Positions 48,550-60,549 of a DNA stretch of 64,000 bases are shown one piece after another; position 1 is the stretch's first letter; each line of letters starts with the position of its first letter. The notes beneath the pieces are model-generated. The model was not told the DNA's origin, did no database searches, and saw nothing but the letters and a program-made list of their open reading frames with translations. The stretch comes from Paragordius varius (Eukaryota > Animalia > Nematomorpha), in NCBI GenBank assembly GCA_964247055.1, contig OZ176056.1, forward strand, positions 4,712,001 through 4,776,000, read 5' to 3'. Position numbers and translations under genes: made by a program.

Positions 48550-49597
48550 TATACCATTTCCCAATCAATCAAAACGTTTTCCCAGTCAATCAAAACATTT
48601 TCCCAGTCAATCGAAACATTTTCCCAGTCAATAAAAACGTTTTCCCAATCAATAAAAACGTTACTCCAGTCAATAAAAACGGTTTTATTTTTAATGATAA
48701 ATATCAAAACAAGTTATAAAAATAACTTTTAACCATTATCAGCGTAATATTAGGATATTATTTTTTATAAAAACACAATATTGAATGACAATTTTTCTAA
48801 GTATATTCAAGTGCGCAATCATTAATGACCTATTATTTAAAAGTTGTGTTTTTGGAAGTTGTTCTTGAGATAATTTATTTTATTGGTGGTTATTATTATT
48901 TGCGGCTAACTTAAAAATCTATAGCTACGGATGAAAGACTAATTTTATAAAATTTATCATTTGGTTTATCGGGGGCCCAACGCCGCCTTCCGATTATCCT
49001 CTTATTATCCAAGTAAAATTCATATTTCGTGCGCAATTATTCTAAATGAGTCTAAATTGGTAACGCATTATAAAATTGTTTGTCTTTGTATTTTGCAGTC
49101 TGTCTAATCGAATGTGAACCCGCTTTTTGAGTTATATATTCGGACACTTTTTTAGTCAAATATCCTTTTAATTATTAATTTTTAATGAAAAACATTTGTA
49201 TCAAAAAAATTTTTGTTTAGATATTTTTTCCTAAAATATTTTTATCGACAAACGTGACATATTTAAAGACTGTTTTGAAGCGTTCCGCAAATAAATGCGA
49301 GCCATCAATAAATTATAAAATATTATATTAAATACATCTCAAATTCCAATAAATTTTTAAGAATAAGTAATTAATGATTTTGCACTGGAATATACTTGGA
49401 AAAACATTCAATAATTGTGTTTTTATAAAAAGTAATATCCTAATATCACGCTGATAATGGTTAAAAGTTATTTTGATATCTTATCTGATATTTATCATCC
49501 AAAATAAAACCGTTTTTATAGATTGGAAAAACGTTTTTATTCACGGGGAAAATGTTTTGATTGACTGGGAAAACGTTTTTAACTGGGAAATGGTATA
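48550..49597. mobile_element. TATACCATTT-family foldback element, third repeat type, ending about 200 bp upstream of the CNPase-like gene
   Basis: Termini TATACCATTTCCC / GGGAAATGGTATA. About 6 copies of the 21-bp unit TTCCCAGTCAATCAAAACATT on the left arm and about 4 inverted copies on the right. Arms stay complementary to about 48830 / 49373. Confidence 0.8.
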
Positions 49598-49804
49598 CAA
49601 AACCAAAATTGCCATAAGAATGGTACATATCCAAAATTATTAATTTTATTAAATGCGGTGGTATACATTACAAATAGTCTGGAACTTAAAAAACTTGTAA
49701 GCCCTACTAATACCTAAAATATTATATAATGTCCGATATATTTTTATCAAATATTTTTTTGATCATTGAGCTCATAAGTAATTATAATAAATACATATGA
49801 AATT

Positions 49805-50905
49805 ATGAATGTAGGAAACAAAAAATTTGAATTATCTCATGATCTAAAAACTGTTTCATATTTATACAATGATAATACTGAAACCATTTCCTCCATTTTG
49901 AAATTTGACCATTCAGCTTCTGTATTACAATATGAAGAAGCTGCGGATGTGTTTAGTTTGAAGCGAAAAAATGATTTAGAAATGGCAAATGGTATTCAAA
50001 ACCACGTAAAAGTTTTATTTTGCAAGGAATCTGTCATTGACGCTAAATTATTAAATCGACACTTTTACAAACAGAATTATATTATTTTACCTTTTGTTTA
50101 TTCGCCACATGTAAAACTCTTATATTTTGGATTTTTTCTTCATAAAACCCTTGCTAACAATTTTTACACATTCGCTACAAAACTTATGAAATGTCACTCG
50201 GAAAATTCTTTGAAAAGGTGCTTACCAAATTTTAATATGAAAAGTTATTCTGCTAATATGATTTATAAAAACAATGGACTTCATTGCACAACATTTTATT
50301 CTGAATATCAGCTACAACTTTATACATATTATGAGAATGTTAAAAATTTGATTGGACAAACATTTGAAATAACAGTGACAATTATTATATGTTCACCAAA
50401 TGCTTTAATTGCTAGAGTTTTTATCCCTAACACAATGTTCGAAAAATATCCTGACATATTTAAAGATTGTAAAATCGAAAGTGACCAACTCGACTCGGCC
50501 TTAAATGAGGTTTCAAAACCATATTTTCCTTTTTGTGATTGTAATCACATACTTAATACTATTCCACGTTATAGGATATCCATGCTATATAATTGGACAT
50601 CAAACACAGTTTTTAGTTTTAAACATTATAAACCATATCACATAACTTTAGCACATAAATCTAACGTGAAACCGCAAGTTGCCAAATCAGATTTGTTAAA
50701 AGTGCTGGAGTTTGAAAAAACTACCGATAATTTTTTTCTAAATCAAGCAAAACAATTTGGTAATCAAGGTGGTTTACCGTTTACCCATCACTCTTACATC
50801 AATAGATATGGCGTTGTTAGGGTTTTCGATGAAGCGTATTGGGTCACGTACTTAAAAACACCATATACATGTCAGACGATATTTACAGCAAGATTGCAAA
50901 GTTAG
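49805..50905 (+). CDS. CNP: Intronless 2',3'-cyclic-nucleotide 3'-phosphodiesterase (CNPase)-like 2H phosphoesterase, 366 aa
   Basis: Ordered matches to the animal CNPase catalytic domain: LLYFGFFL (cf. PLYFGWFL), LHCTTF (HxT motif 1, cf. LHCTTKF), SPNALIARV (cf. TPKTTGARV), YHITLA (HxT motif 2, cf. AHITLG), DLLKVLEFEK (cf. DLLEILRQEK), YWV...TIFTA (cf. RWM...AIFTG). Recognised from memory of the family; no search was run. Confidence 0.8.
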   Translation: MNVGNKKFELSHDLKTVSYLYNDNTETISSILKFDHSASVLQYEEAADVFSLKRKNDLEMANGIQNHVKVLFCKESVIDAKLLNRHFYKQNYIILPFVYSPHVKLLYFGFFLHKTLANNFYTFATKLMKCHSENSLKRCLPNFNMKSYSANMIYKNNGLHCTTFYSEYQLQLYTYYENVKNLIGQTFEITVTIIICSPNALIARVFIPNTMFEKYPDIFKDCKIESDQLDSALNEVSKPYFPFCDCNHILNTIPRYRISMLYNWTSNTVFSFKHYKPYHITLAHKSNVKPQVAKSDLLKVLEFEKTTDNFFLNQAKQFGNQGGLPFTHHSYINRYGVVRVFDEAYWVTYLKTPYTCQTIFTARLQS

Positions 50906-52590
50906 CATCTATTATCAAGTCGAAATTGGGACATGTCCTTATTTTTTTAATTTTTGTCATTTATTTATGTAAATTGTTATATGGATTATACCGGTTCCAT
51001 TAATGCATTTTATAATTGTGAGATCAAAACTATATTTAATCAAAAAAAAACTATTCGTATTTTATTTAAAAATTTTGCAAGTGCATGAATTTGTCAAACC
51101 ATATTATTTGAATACTATTGAAAATGAGGATATTAATATATAAGTTTTTGAATTGCCCTGGAAAAGATATATCTCACCTAATGAAGTTTTAAGTTTAATA
51201 ATTGCGTTACTATATAATTAAATTTTATCATTTGTTAAATATTTATTGCATAAACATTTTGATAACTGTTTAAAAAGAGCTGATTGTTAACTTAAATTTT
51301 TGCCTATAGTGTCAGGATTAAATATTTTAGCCCGATATGGATAATTTCTAATGCATTTCTCATAAAATTTGTGCAACATTATTACTTAAAATAATTTGAC
51401 TAATAAAGTTTAAGCTGACATTTTAAAATATTTATTCTATTTTTTTTAAAAAATGGGTAAAATTTATTTTTAAATTTTATTCTTTTTTACCGAACTTGTT
51501 AAATTGGATAAGGAAAAGGCCGTTGTTGCACTCACTGCGTTACTATTTAGTTTTTGAATTCCATCCCATAAAATTTTTTTTCTTATAGCAATCCTTAACT
51601 TTGAAACCTTTTGATATTCCTATTTTTAAAATAGCCTTTTATAATGGCAAATTTTATTTTTATTAAAAATAAAAATTTGAAATTAAGTTTTAGTATTTTA
51701 TTCCTAGAAGGATCATTAATTATTATTAGTTAAACAAGTATATATTTGATAAGCTTGAAAATCAAATTAAGAACAAAAGAATATTTAATGTAAAACTAAT
51801 ATAAATCGGATAAAATTTAAAACAAAAAATTGATTACATTTCAAATAGTATGACATGCTTAAACGTATTTTGATCAATTTTCTGAATGCTGAATCTTTTA
51901 TCACAGGGCTTCTTAAACTTTTGTAATTCTCCCCATTTATGATTGCGAGTTTCTTAACAACCCCAACACATAAAAGAAAAATAAATTAATATTTTTTGAT
52001 GATATATTAGGTAACAATATACATATGCTTATGAATATAGATGGATTGCATGTTTTTTCATGCATAACAAATAAAATTTTGTGATGTTGAAACTGCTGGA
52101 CGTAAGGCCTTCAACATTTTTTATCGCTGAATGATATTGGGATTTAAGTGTTATGCTGAGAAAGTAACTTGACATGTGTGATGTTGAATGGCAGAATTAA
52201 ATTTGACGCCATATAGGCGATTGTGGCAAAATCAGTTCTAGTTCCGATCCAAAATTCACTCAAGGGCTTTTTTGGAATTGTAGTTTTAATGAGTCATATC
52301 AACAAATTCCACACCTTTATTTGGAAAATGATCCATCTCACTTAGGCCAATCTAAAACGGTTTTTGAATCCAAACTATTTTTTGTAAATCATATTTAATA
52401 TAAAATATGTCCGAACTGTATTTCTAGCGCTTTTAAGTGATCTTCAATAGTTTTTGCAATAAACGTACAATAAATTTTTCAATTACAAAAGTGTAGACAC
52501 TGGAAAACATTTTGAACGAATTCTTTGCAACCCTACTTTTCCTGATGATCTTTTCACTAAAACTTTCCTTTTTATCATTTGATATATACC

Positions 52591-55500
52591 TAAGGTGACC
52601 AGACGTCCCGCTTTTGGCGGGACAGTCCCGCTTTTTCACATTTTGTCCCGCCTCCCGCTACGTTTTAAAATGTCCCGCTTTTTCACGATTATAAAAAAAA
52701 TTTTTTTTTAATACAAATTAATTTTTTTATCCGTTTAAATTTTAAATCAAAATTTTTTATTTTTATAAAAATATTTTTTTCGAATTTATATCATATGATT
52801 ATATTTGCTTCCTACTACTACTGTCATCATTATCAAAAGCCAAGTTAATACCACAAATCGGTAGCTTAAAGGACAAATTGATACCACAAATCGGTACCTT
52901 ACGCGTTTATTCTAGAATATTAAGGTAATATAATATTTTTTATACTAATAGTAGTTTAACAAAAAGAGGTTGTAAATTCAACGATGAATTAATGAAAGAT
53001 TTTCCTTTTATCAAAAAAACAAAAAATGAATCATTTGTTAAATGTCTTATATGCGAGGGGGAATTCCCCTAACACATGGAAGCATGATACTACAAAGCAT
53101 ATGGAAACACAGAAACATAAAAATGTTTAGATATGGCGGCATCATCTTACAAAATGAGCGATTTTTTTCGAAAAACCGCTTTTGGAGAGGAAGAAAGGAA
53201 TTTGGCACTAGCTGAGGGCGTGTTATCTTTTCACGCCGTTAATCACAATCATTCCTTTGATCTATGGACTGTATCTAGGTTATTCGCACATTATTCCATA
53301 AAAAATTTACATGTGCCAGTACAAAGGCCAAAGCCATTAAGTGCAATGTCCTTTCGCCACATGCATTTTCTGAAATACAAAAAGATTTGCTGAAAATTAA
53401 TTTCTTATCCCTATACTCTGATGCATCAAATCACCATGAAACAAAATTATTTCCCAAAATTTTAGATTAAATTTTCTACCCGGTGAAAATTCCGAAATAA
53501 TATTTACTCCAATAATGCATATTCTAGAAAAAAATAATTTAAAAGACAAAATTATCGCATATTGCGCTGACAAAACCAATACGAACTTTGGTGGAAAAGC
53601 AAGGAGGGGAACAAAAAATACTTTTCATAAATTAACAGATAATCTTAATCAAAACATTATTGGCGTTGGGTGAGCAGCGCATATAATACACAACGCTATT
53701 CAAACAGCTGCTGATTTGTTACCCCTAGATGTAGAAAATGTAGTTGTTAAAATATATTCCTATTTTTATATATGCACGGAACGTGTTGAAACGCTTAAAG
53801 AATTCTGTGAAAATGAAAAAATGCTTGGATATTGCAAAACTCGTTGGTTAGCTTTTATGCCAGCTATCGAAAGTATTTTAAAAATGTATGATCCTTTAAA
53901 ATCTTTTTTTATCACAGGACAAATGTCCTTCAACTTTAAAAAAGTTTTTTGAAAATGATTCTTCAAAAATATGGTTAGAATTCTTACATAATCAAGCTTC
54001 TCTGTTTCAAAATGTTATTAAATTTATAGAAGGTGACAAAATTTCAGCAATCGAAGTAGCCAATGAAGTTAGTAACCTAAAATTCCAATGTCAAGAACGG
54101 TTAGAAAATAATTTTATACCATTGTTCATCCGTAATATAATAAATAATTTAGAAAAACAAGGAATAATGATATCCTGTACCATATATAAATGTTTTATAC
54201 AAACTGTAAAGATCATTTGGAAGACTGGACGACGCAATTCAATAAAATTGATCATTTTTATTGGATAACATTAAAATCAGAATTAATTGGTGCGATGTTC
54301 AAAAATCATTTGGTTATATCAGCTCCCAAAAATTCTCAAAAAGTATCTCAGAAAATGATCTTTTTTCTGAAGTATCATTAGTTAAAAGATATATTAATAA
54401 TGAAAAACTTAAATTATGGACAAAAGAAAAATATACAGTAGAAAAGAAATGGTTGGAAATATTTCATCATTTTGAAGCCAACTATATTACATACAATAAT
54501 ATTTTAAAAATTGTGGAATTCGCACTATCTTTACCTGGAACCAACGCTGCTACTGAGCGCGTTTTTTTCCACAGTAAATCAGGCGTTGACATTGGAAAAA
54601 TCAAATTTAAATATAGAAACATTAAAGGCCGTCATATCTGTCAAATATTTGACAAATTCTTGTAAAGACTTTTCTACAATATTTTAAAAAATGATGACAA
54701 TCTGCTAAAACGCATTCACTCAAAAAAATATACCAATGAATAAAATATTTTCTTATATTTATAAAGTTTTTATGTTAAAAAATAAACAAAATTACTTAAA
54801 ATATTGTATAAGTCTTCATAATTTGTCAAATTATATTTGAACACATAAAATGGTTTTTATTCAACATTTAAATTTGATTTCGTTTCCTTACTTACGTTCA
54901 ATAGCAGTGGTTCAGGTAAAGATAATGCAAATTTTATAAATATTATTGTATGGAACATAATTTGTTTAAAAATGAATATTTTAACCATTTCTATCCTACG
55001 TATTTTTATCTGTTGTCCATAATTTAAGTTCTCATTCAATATATTTATTTAATAATGAAACTTGATAAAAAATGTCATTGTGCACCGTCTTGTCCTCCAA
55101 ATAATCGTTTCTGTTTGTATAAAACCTTTTTATATTCTGGCTATTCATTGAGCCTTGTTTTTCTGGATGTTTTATAATATTGCGATTAGGTAATGGTATA
55201 AAATTATTTTCTAACCTTTTTTGACTTGGAATTTTGACCTTTGTCGTGTGATAAAAAATAGGATTCTAGGAGATCACATTTTTATAAATATTTCAATCGC
55301 TGGCAAAAGAGCTAACCAACAGTTCTACAATATCCAAGCATTTTAACATCGTTATTTTCTACATCCAGGGTTAACAAATCAGTAGCTGTCTGAATAGCGT
55401 TGTGTATCTGCCAATAATGTTTTAATTAAGATTATTCGCTAAATTGTTAAAAATATGTTTTGTGCCGCTTCTTGCATCACCCAGCGCACTTTGTGATGAT

Positions 55501-55743
55501 TTCGTCTTTATTATTTTTTTCTAGAATATTACAATCACTTCACCCTTTGTTCGTGCACATGTAAATTTATTGAATAAGGTACAAACAACCTGTAAGGTAC
55601 ATTTTATAAAGTATTTGTGTTAAAAATAAATAAATATTACAATAATTTTTTGTATAAAAATTTTTGGTTGTACCCCCCAATGACCCCCCCCCCCCCCCCT
55701 CAGATTTGTCCCGCTTTTTCCTTAAAAAAATCTGGTCACCTTA
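52591..55743 (+). mobile_element. Inner hAT (Blackjack-like ends), 3153 bp, nested in the outer hAT
   Basis: 13-bp TIRs TAAGGTGACCAGA / TCTGGTCACCTTA; perfect 8-bp TSD TATATACC at 52583-52590 and 55744-55751; subterminal GTCCCGCTTTT repeats at both ends. Confidence 0.92.
52950..54752 (+). pseudogene. hAT transposase pseudogene with frameshifts and stops
   Basis: Fragments in order: BED-like CLIC...H...H, AEGVLSFHAVNHNHSF, DASNH, IIGVG...AHIIHNAIQ, KTRWLAFMPAIE, and the dimerisation motif ALSLPGTNAATERVF. Split across ORFs 53133, 53716 and 54261. Confidence 0.88.
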
Positions 55744-56686
55744 TATATACCGCAATTTTTTTAAAAGAGTCAAGTTAAAATCGTTTATTCGCAAAAATAT
55801 CTGACAAAAACACAGCTTGGATAGCCACAAGTCATTTTGAAAAAAGCATTAATTCGTTAAGTTGAAAATTTTTCGATCTCGTCCTTTAATAACAATAATC
55901 TTTTAAAAGTTAACCTCTTGACAACTATCTTACTTCTGCATGTAATAACAAAGTTGTGTAATTAGTATCACTTCGCGACCCCATAATTTTGCTAAGCGAC
56001 CCATAGTTTAAGAAGCCCTGCTTTATCATATGCTTGAGACATATTCGTATATATATACTGGGGTAAATCTCGTGCTGCTACGCAGCCCGAGGACCGAGGA
56101 TGTCCTTCAGACTTCTGGGGGGGGGGGATGGCTATATGAAAAAAGAATAATAAAATAATCCACACATGTTGATTATTTCGAAACTTCACATAATAGCTCT
56201 GATTTCATAGAGATTTTAAAACGGTGCATTCATACTAATATATTTTTACTTTGGTAAAAATAAATACAAAAATTTTTTTTGTGGATATCGTTTTTTCGAA
56301 AAAATGGCATTTTACGGGTGTAGCGGGTAAAAAGAGGGGCTAAATTAAAAAAGCTAGCAGGTTATGTTCGGCGCAATCGAAAATAAGTATACAAAAATCA
56401 TAATTAAAATTGAATAGTGTAACGCGTTCTCCGGAAAATTGTCTCAAAGACACGACTTTTGTGGACTTCTGTTTCAAAAAACCCTTTTTTAAACGGGATG
56501 GGCCCGAACTGGAAGCTTATTTCCAAAAAAGGGCGAAGCTATCGGGTCATTAGTGAATATATTTTTTTGATCTTTGGATTTGAATGGATCTGGTTTTCCG
56601 GAAACAGATAACAAAGCCACATGACGGATCAGTTTAGCGGCTATCATCAAAGAAACGCTTGACTAAAATTTATGCCTTTTTAGGGA

Positions 56687-59600
56687 TGTTAGAGTGGTAA
56701 TTGACAGGCTAATTTGAATGCTTTTATTACACGAATAGATTAACCACACAAACAACATTCGTTATATATTATTACATTAACCTATTAACTAATCTGTGTA
56801 CTATTATTATAATATTATAACCTCACCACCACTTGTGAATATTATTATTATACCTTGAGATAATTGTATATAAGCAAACATCTCACCTTGATATATGTGA
56901 ATACATTAGACCTAATTATCTTAGATATATATATATATATATATATATATAGATCATTTTATAAACCACCATTCATACAACATATAGAATTTACCATTAG
57001 CTTTATTTTGTCGTCCCCAGTTATCAGTAGTGGCCAAAACGAGTAGGTCAGACGAACCAATGAATATCACAGCTCAAAAATACAATAATAATAGCAATCG
57101 ACGACACCCTACCGACAAACAATAATAAAATCATCTATTACATGCAAACATTGCCGTTTCACACACCCACCCAACAAGTGTCCAGCTTGGAGACGATCCT
57201 GCAACAAATGCGGAAAGCTGAACCATTTTGCGAGAATGTGTGTGGCCAAAAGACAAAGACCCAACTTCAATAGGCAATTATTGAAGGAAGTCAACGTAGG
57301 TCGTAAAGCTCTAACTCCTCTACTGATATCATTAGTAATAAACGGGTTAAAAAAAGACTTTATCTACGATACCGGTTCGGATATTAGCGTAATAAACTTT
57401 GCCACATGGAAGCTAATCGGTAAACCCAAGCTGAGCGACACCCCCAGTAAAATCGTACAATAATACGACAGTGCCAATGATGGGGACAGCAAGTGTCAAG
57501 GTCCAGGTAAATGGTAAACAAATGGTCTGGGACATATGTGTCCTAAGCAAAACGATGGGGATGGCTCCGCTGATCTGTGGACTGTAGATGGCGAAATTCC
57601 AGATTGATATGCCACACGTTAAAATTAATTATCTCAAATTGAATGAGATTTGTGAAAATTTTAAAAACTTATTCGAAAATAAGTTAGGGTGTTATAAGGA
57701 CCCTGTAAAAATTCGCATTGCAGCGAATGCGATCCCTAAAGTATGGCCATGTCGCAGGGTGCCTTTTCCATTAAGAGAAAAGGTGGAGAAAGAGCTGGCG
57801 AGGCTAGAAAAGTTAGGCATTTTAGAACCGGTTGATCCTAACACCACACCTGTGACATAAGCCACGCCTACGGTTTATGTACTTAAACCGAATGGCGAAT
57901 TAAGAATATGTAGTGATTTTCGGTTAATGATTAATAAGTGGTTGCAAGAACACTCCCATATAATCCCCACGTTTATGAGTTGGTGTTTAAAATAGGCGAA
58001 GGTATAACATTCACGAAAATTGATTTTAAAGATGCTTACCTCCTATCTTAACACATAAAGGTTTTTTAGATACAAACGCATACCGTTTGGACTGGCCACG
58101 GCACCTATCATCTTCCAAAGAGTGATGGAACAAGTGCTGGCTGAAAGTCCGGGAACTTGCGTATATTTAGATGACGTCCTAGTGACTGGTGGGACGGAAA
58201 TGAGCACATTAACAATTTAATTAACGTATTAATCGTCTCCCGGATTTAAATTAAGACAAGAAATAATGATAGGCGCAGAATCAGTAAACTATTTAGGGTT
58301 TGAAATGTCGAAAAAGGGTATGAGTCCATGTGAAAGCAAAATCAAAGCAATTAAGGAACTAAAAAGGCCGGTAGATAAAAAGTCATTACGTTTTTTAGGT
58401 TTTTTGACGTTTCATGAACGCTTTATACCAAAATTACAAATGATAGTCGGTCCCTTACAGGAATTCACTAGTAAAAATACGAGATGGTGTTGGACCGAGA
58501 AATATGAGAAAAGCTGGTTAACAGCTAAGAATTTGTTAAGCGAAAAAGTGTTTTTAACACCTTATAATCCGAATAGGAAATTGATAATAGAATCTGATGC
58601 GTCAGATTTAGGATTCGGGTGTATTCGTCATGAAGTTTATAATGATAAGATACCGATAGCGTATGCCTCACAAAAGTGTAGCAACGCTGAAAGGAATTAT
58701 TCCACTATAGAGAAGGAATTAAAAGCAATATTATTTGCGTTACGAAAGTTTCATAGTTCCATATATGGTAGAAAATTTATAATAATAACTGACCATTTAC
58801 CTTTAGTAAAGTTAATAAATAGTGCTAAGGTGGATTAATATGATAAATGAATACGACTTTAAAATAAGTCATCAAAAACAGGCTCAAAATAGAGCTGATT
58901 ATTTATCGAGATGACCGATTGACGAGATCGTTGCCTATGATGAAGATTATGCGGTTACCAGATATTTGAGATTGAATTGTCATAACGTGCGGTTAAGCAG
59001 AGCTAAAATTCGAAAATAAACCGCATTAGATTCAGTATTACAAAAAGTAATTAAAGCGTTAAACAACCATGACTGGAGTTCTCCAGAATAAGAAAAGTTT
59101 GTAAACCGTAAAGACGAGTTGGCATATCAATATGGTTTATTAAGTTTAAATGATCGGATTGTAATTCCGAAGCCCCTCCAAAAAGAGGTGGTGAGATGCC
59201 TACACAGCGGTCATAACAACGTAGAGACCATGAAAGCGATGGCCGGATTTACGTGATATTGGCCAGAATTAGAAAATGACCTGGTAAAAGCCAGTAGTCA
59301 ATGCGAATCGTGCCAACGTAGTAGGCCGAATGGTACTCAGAATTCCACCTATCAGTGGGATCATAATGTTGCTGTGTGGGAGCGTTAGCATGTTGATATA
59401 GCCGGACCGGTAGACGGTTGTTGTTGATAATTGATAGTGCCCCGAAATGGGCAGAAGGATTTATCTTGAAAAAGGTAACAGCAGCGAATATAATCCACAA
59501 AGTAGAAGAAACCTTTGCAGGGTTTGGCTTTGCAAGAGAGATCGTTAGTAACGCTTCGTATTTCAGTAATGAGTACTTCACGTCAACCTTAAGTACGTTA

Positions 59601-60549
59601 GGGGTGAAACACATTAAGGTTATCCCTACCATCCTAAGAGTAATAGGATGGTAGAAAGGTTAGTAGGTACTATAAAAAATAAATACAAAAGAATAAAAAA
59701 TGCGATATCCACCCACGAAGCGTTTAACACTAGCCTATGGGCGTACAGAAATTCTATACACTCAACAACGAAAGAAACCCCGGCCCAGTTAATGTTTAAG
59801 CGTAATCCCCATACCCCCTTAACCTGATTAATAGGGCGAGATTGCTAGATGCACCGGCCCCCCGACGGCAGTTTGCCATTGACCAGATAATGATTAAAAA
59901 TGAGTTAAGTCGAGTGTGGCGCGTCGGAGAGATTAGGGCTGCTTTCATACAAAGGGTGGGACAAGGACCGAGACAAAGTTATGAGGAAACACGCTGACCA
60001 AATAGTACAACAACCACAACCACAGCCGACCTTTTCCAGCAACACAAATGAGGAGGAGGTAAGACGAAATCGAACCAATTACTCCGACAGCCGAAAGTCC
60101 AAATAATGATAATACACAGAAATCTGCGAAAATCTACTCCCCCGCTAAAACACGAGAACGACGGTACCCGACAAGAAGTCGTCAGAAACCTGCCCGCTTT
60201 CGTTAGAGGGGGGTAGTGATGTTAGAGTGGTAACTGACAGGCTAATTTGAATGAATCTTTTACACGATTAGATTAACCGCACAAACAACATTCGTTATAT
60301 ATTATTACATTAACCTATTAACTTATCTGTGTACTATTATTATATTATTATAATCTCACCACCACTTGTGAATATTATTATTATACCTTGAGATAATTGT
60401 ATATAAGCAAACATTTCACCTTGATATATGTGAATACATTAGACCTAATTATCTTAGATATATATATATATATAGATCATTATATAAACCACCATTCATA
60501 CAACATATAGAATCTACCATTAGCTTTACTTTATCGTCCCCAGTTATCA
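56687..60549 (+). mobile_element. Defective Ty3/gypsy LTR retrotransposon, Mag-like. LTRs 56687-57026 and 60220-60549
   Basis: LTRs TG...CA of 340 and 330 bp, about 95% identical by eye. Polypurine tract AGAGGGGGGTAG at ~60205-60216. TGG at 57031 is a possible PBS start. GGGA is duplicated at both flanks relative to the empty-site unit (TTTTAGGGAATACG, ~61001). Confidence 0.93.
57130..59900 (+). pseudogene. gag remnant and pol pseudogene (PR-RT-RH-IN order)
   Basis: Two CCHC knuckles (CKHCRFTHPPNKC; CNKCGKLNHFARMC), protease YDTGSD, RT VPFPLREKVEKEL and YLDD, RNase H ESDASDLG / NYSTIEKE / ITDHLPL, integrase LHSGH...CESC, VDIAGP, GMVER. Many stops and frameshifts; most of gag is missing. Confidence 0.9.

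Larger units (their letters stand above)
51904..56020 (-). mobile_element. Outer hAT (Buster / Charlie, ZBED5/8-like) deletion derivative, about 0.96 kb excluding the nested element
   Basis: Perfect 16-bp TIRs CAGGGCTTCTTAAACT / AGTTTAAGAAGCCCTG; 8-bp TSD TTTTATCA / CTTTATCA (7 of 8). Minus-strand C-terminal transposase remnant at ~52030-52560 (EFWI...LILPF...TFSA). Confidence 0.85.

Noticed and set aside
48550-48700. Regularly spaced 21-bp repeats as a possible CRISPR array
   Set aside because: Units are contiguous with no unique spacers, they recur inverted on the other arm, no cas genes are present, and the DNA is eukaryotic.
49805-50905. Horizontal transfer from bacteria or virus as the origin of the intronless 2H gene
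   Set aside because: The flanking blocks match the animal CNPase pattern rather than LigT-type 2H proteins, and base composition resembles the host genes. Lack of introns alone is not evidence of transfer.
55683-56128. Poly-C (55683-55699) and poly-G (~56117-56128) tracts as a G-quadruplex / i-motif pair
   Set aside because: They belong to two unrelated elements (inner hAT right end and Helitron 3' region), so their proximity is incidental.
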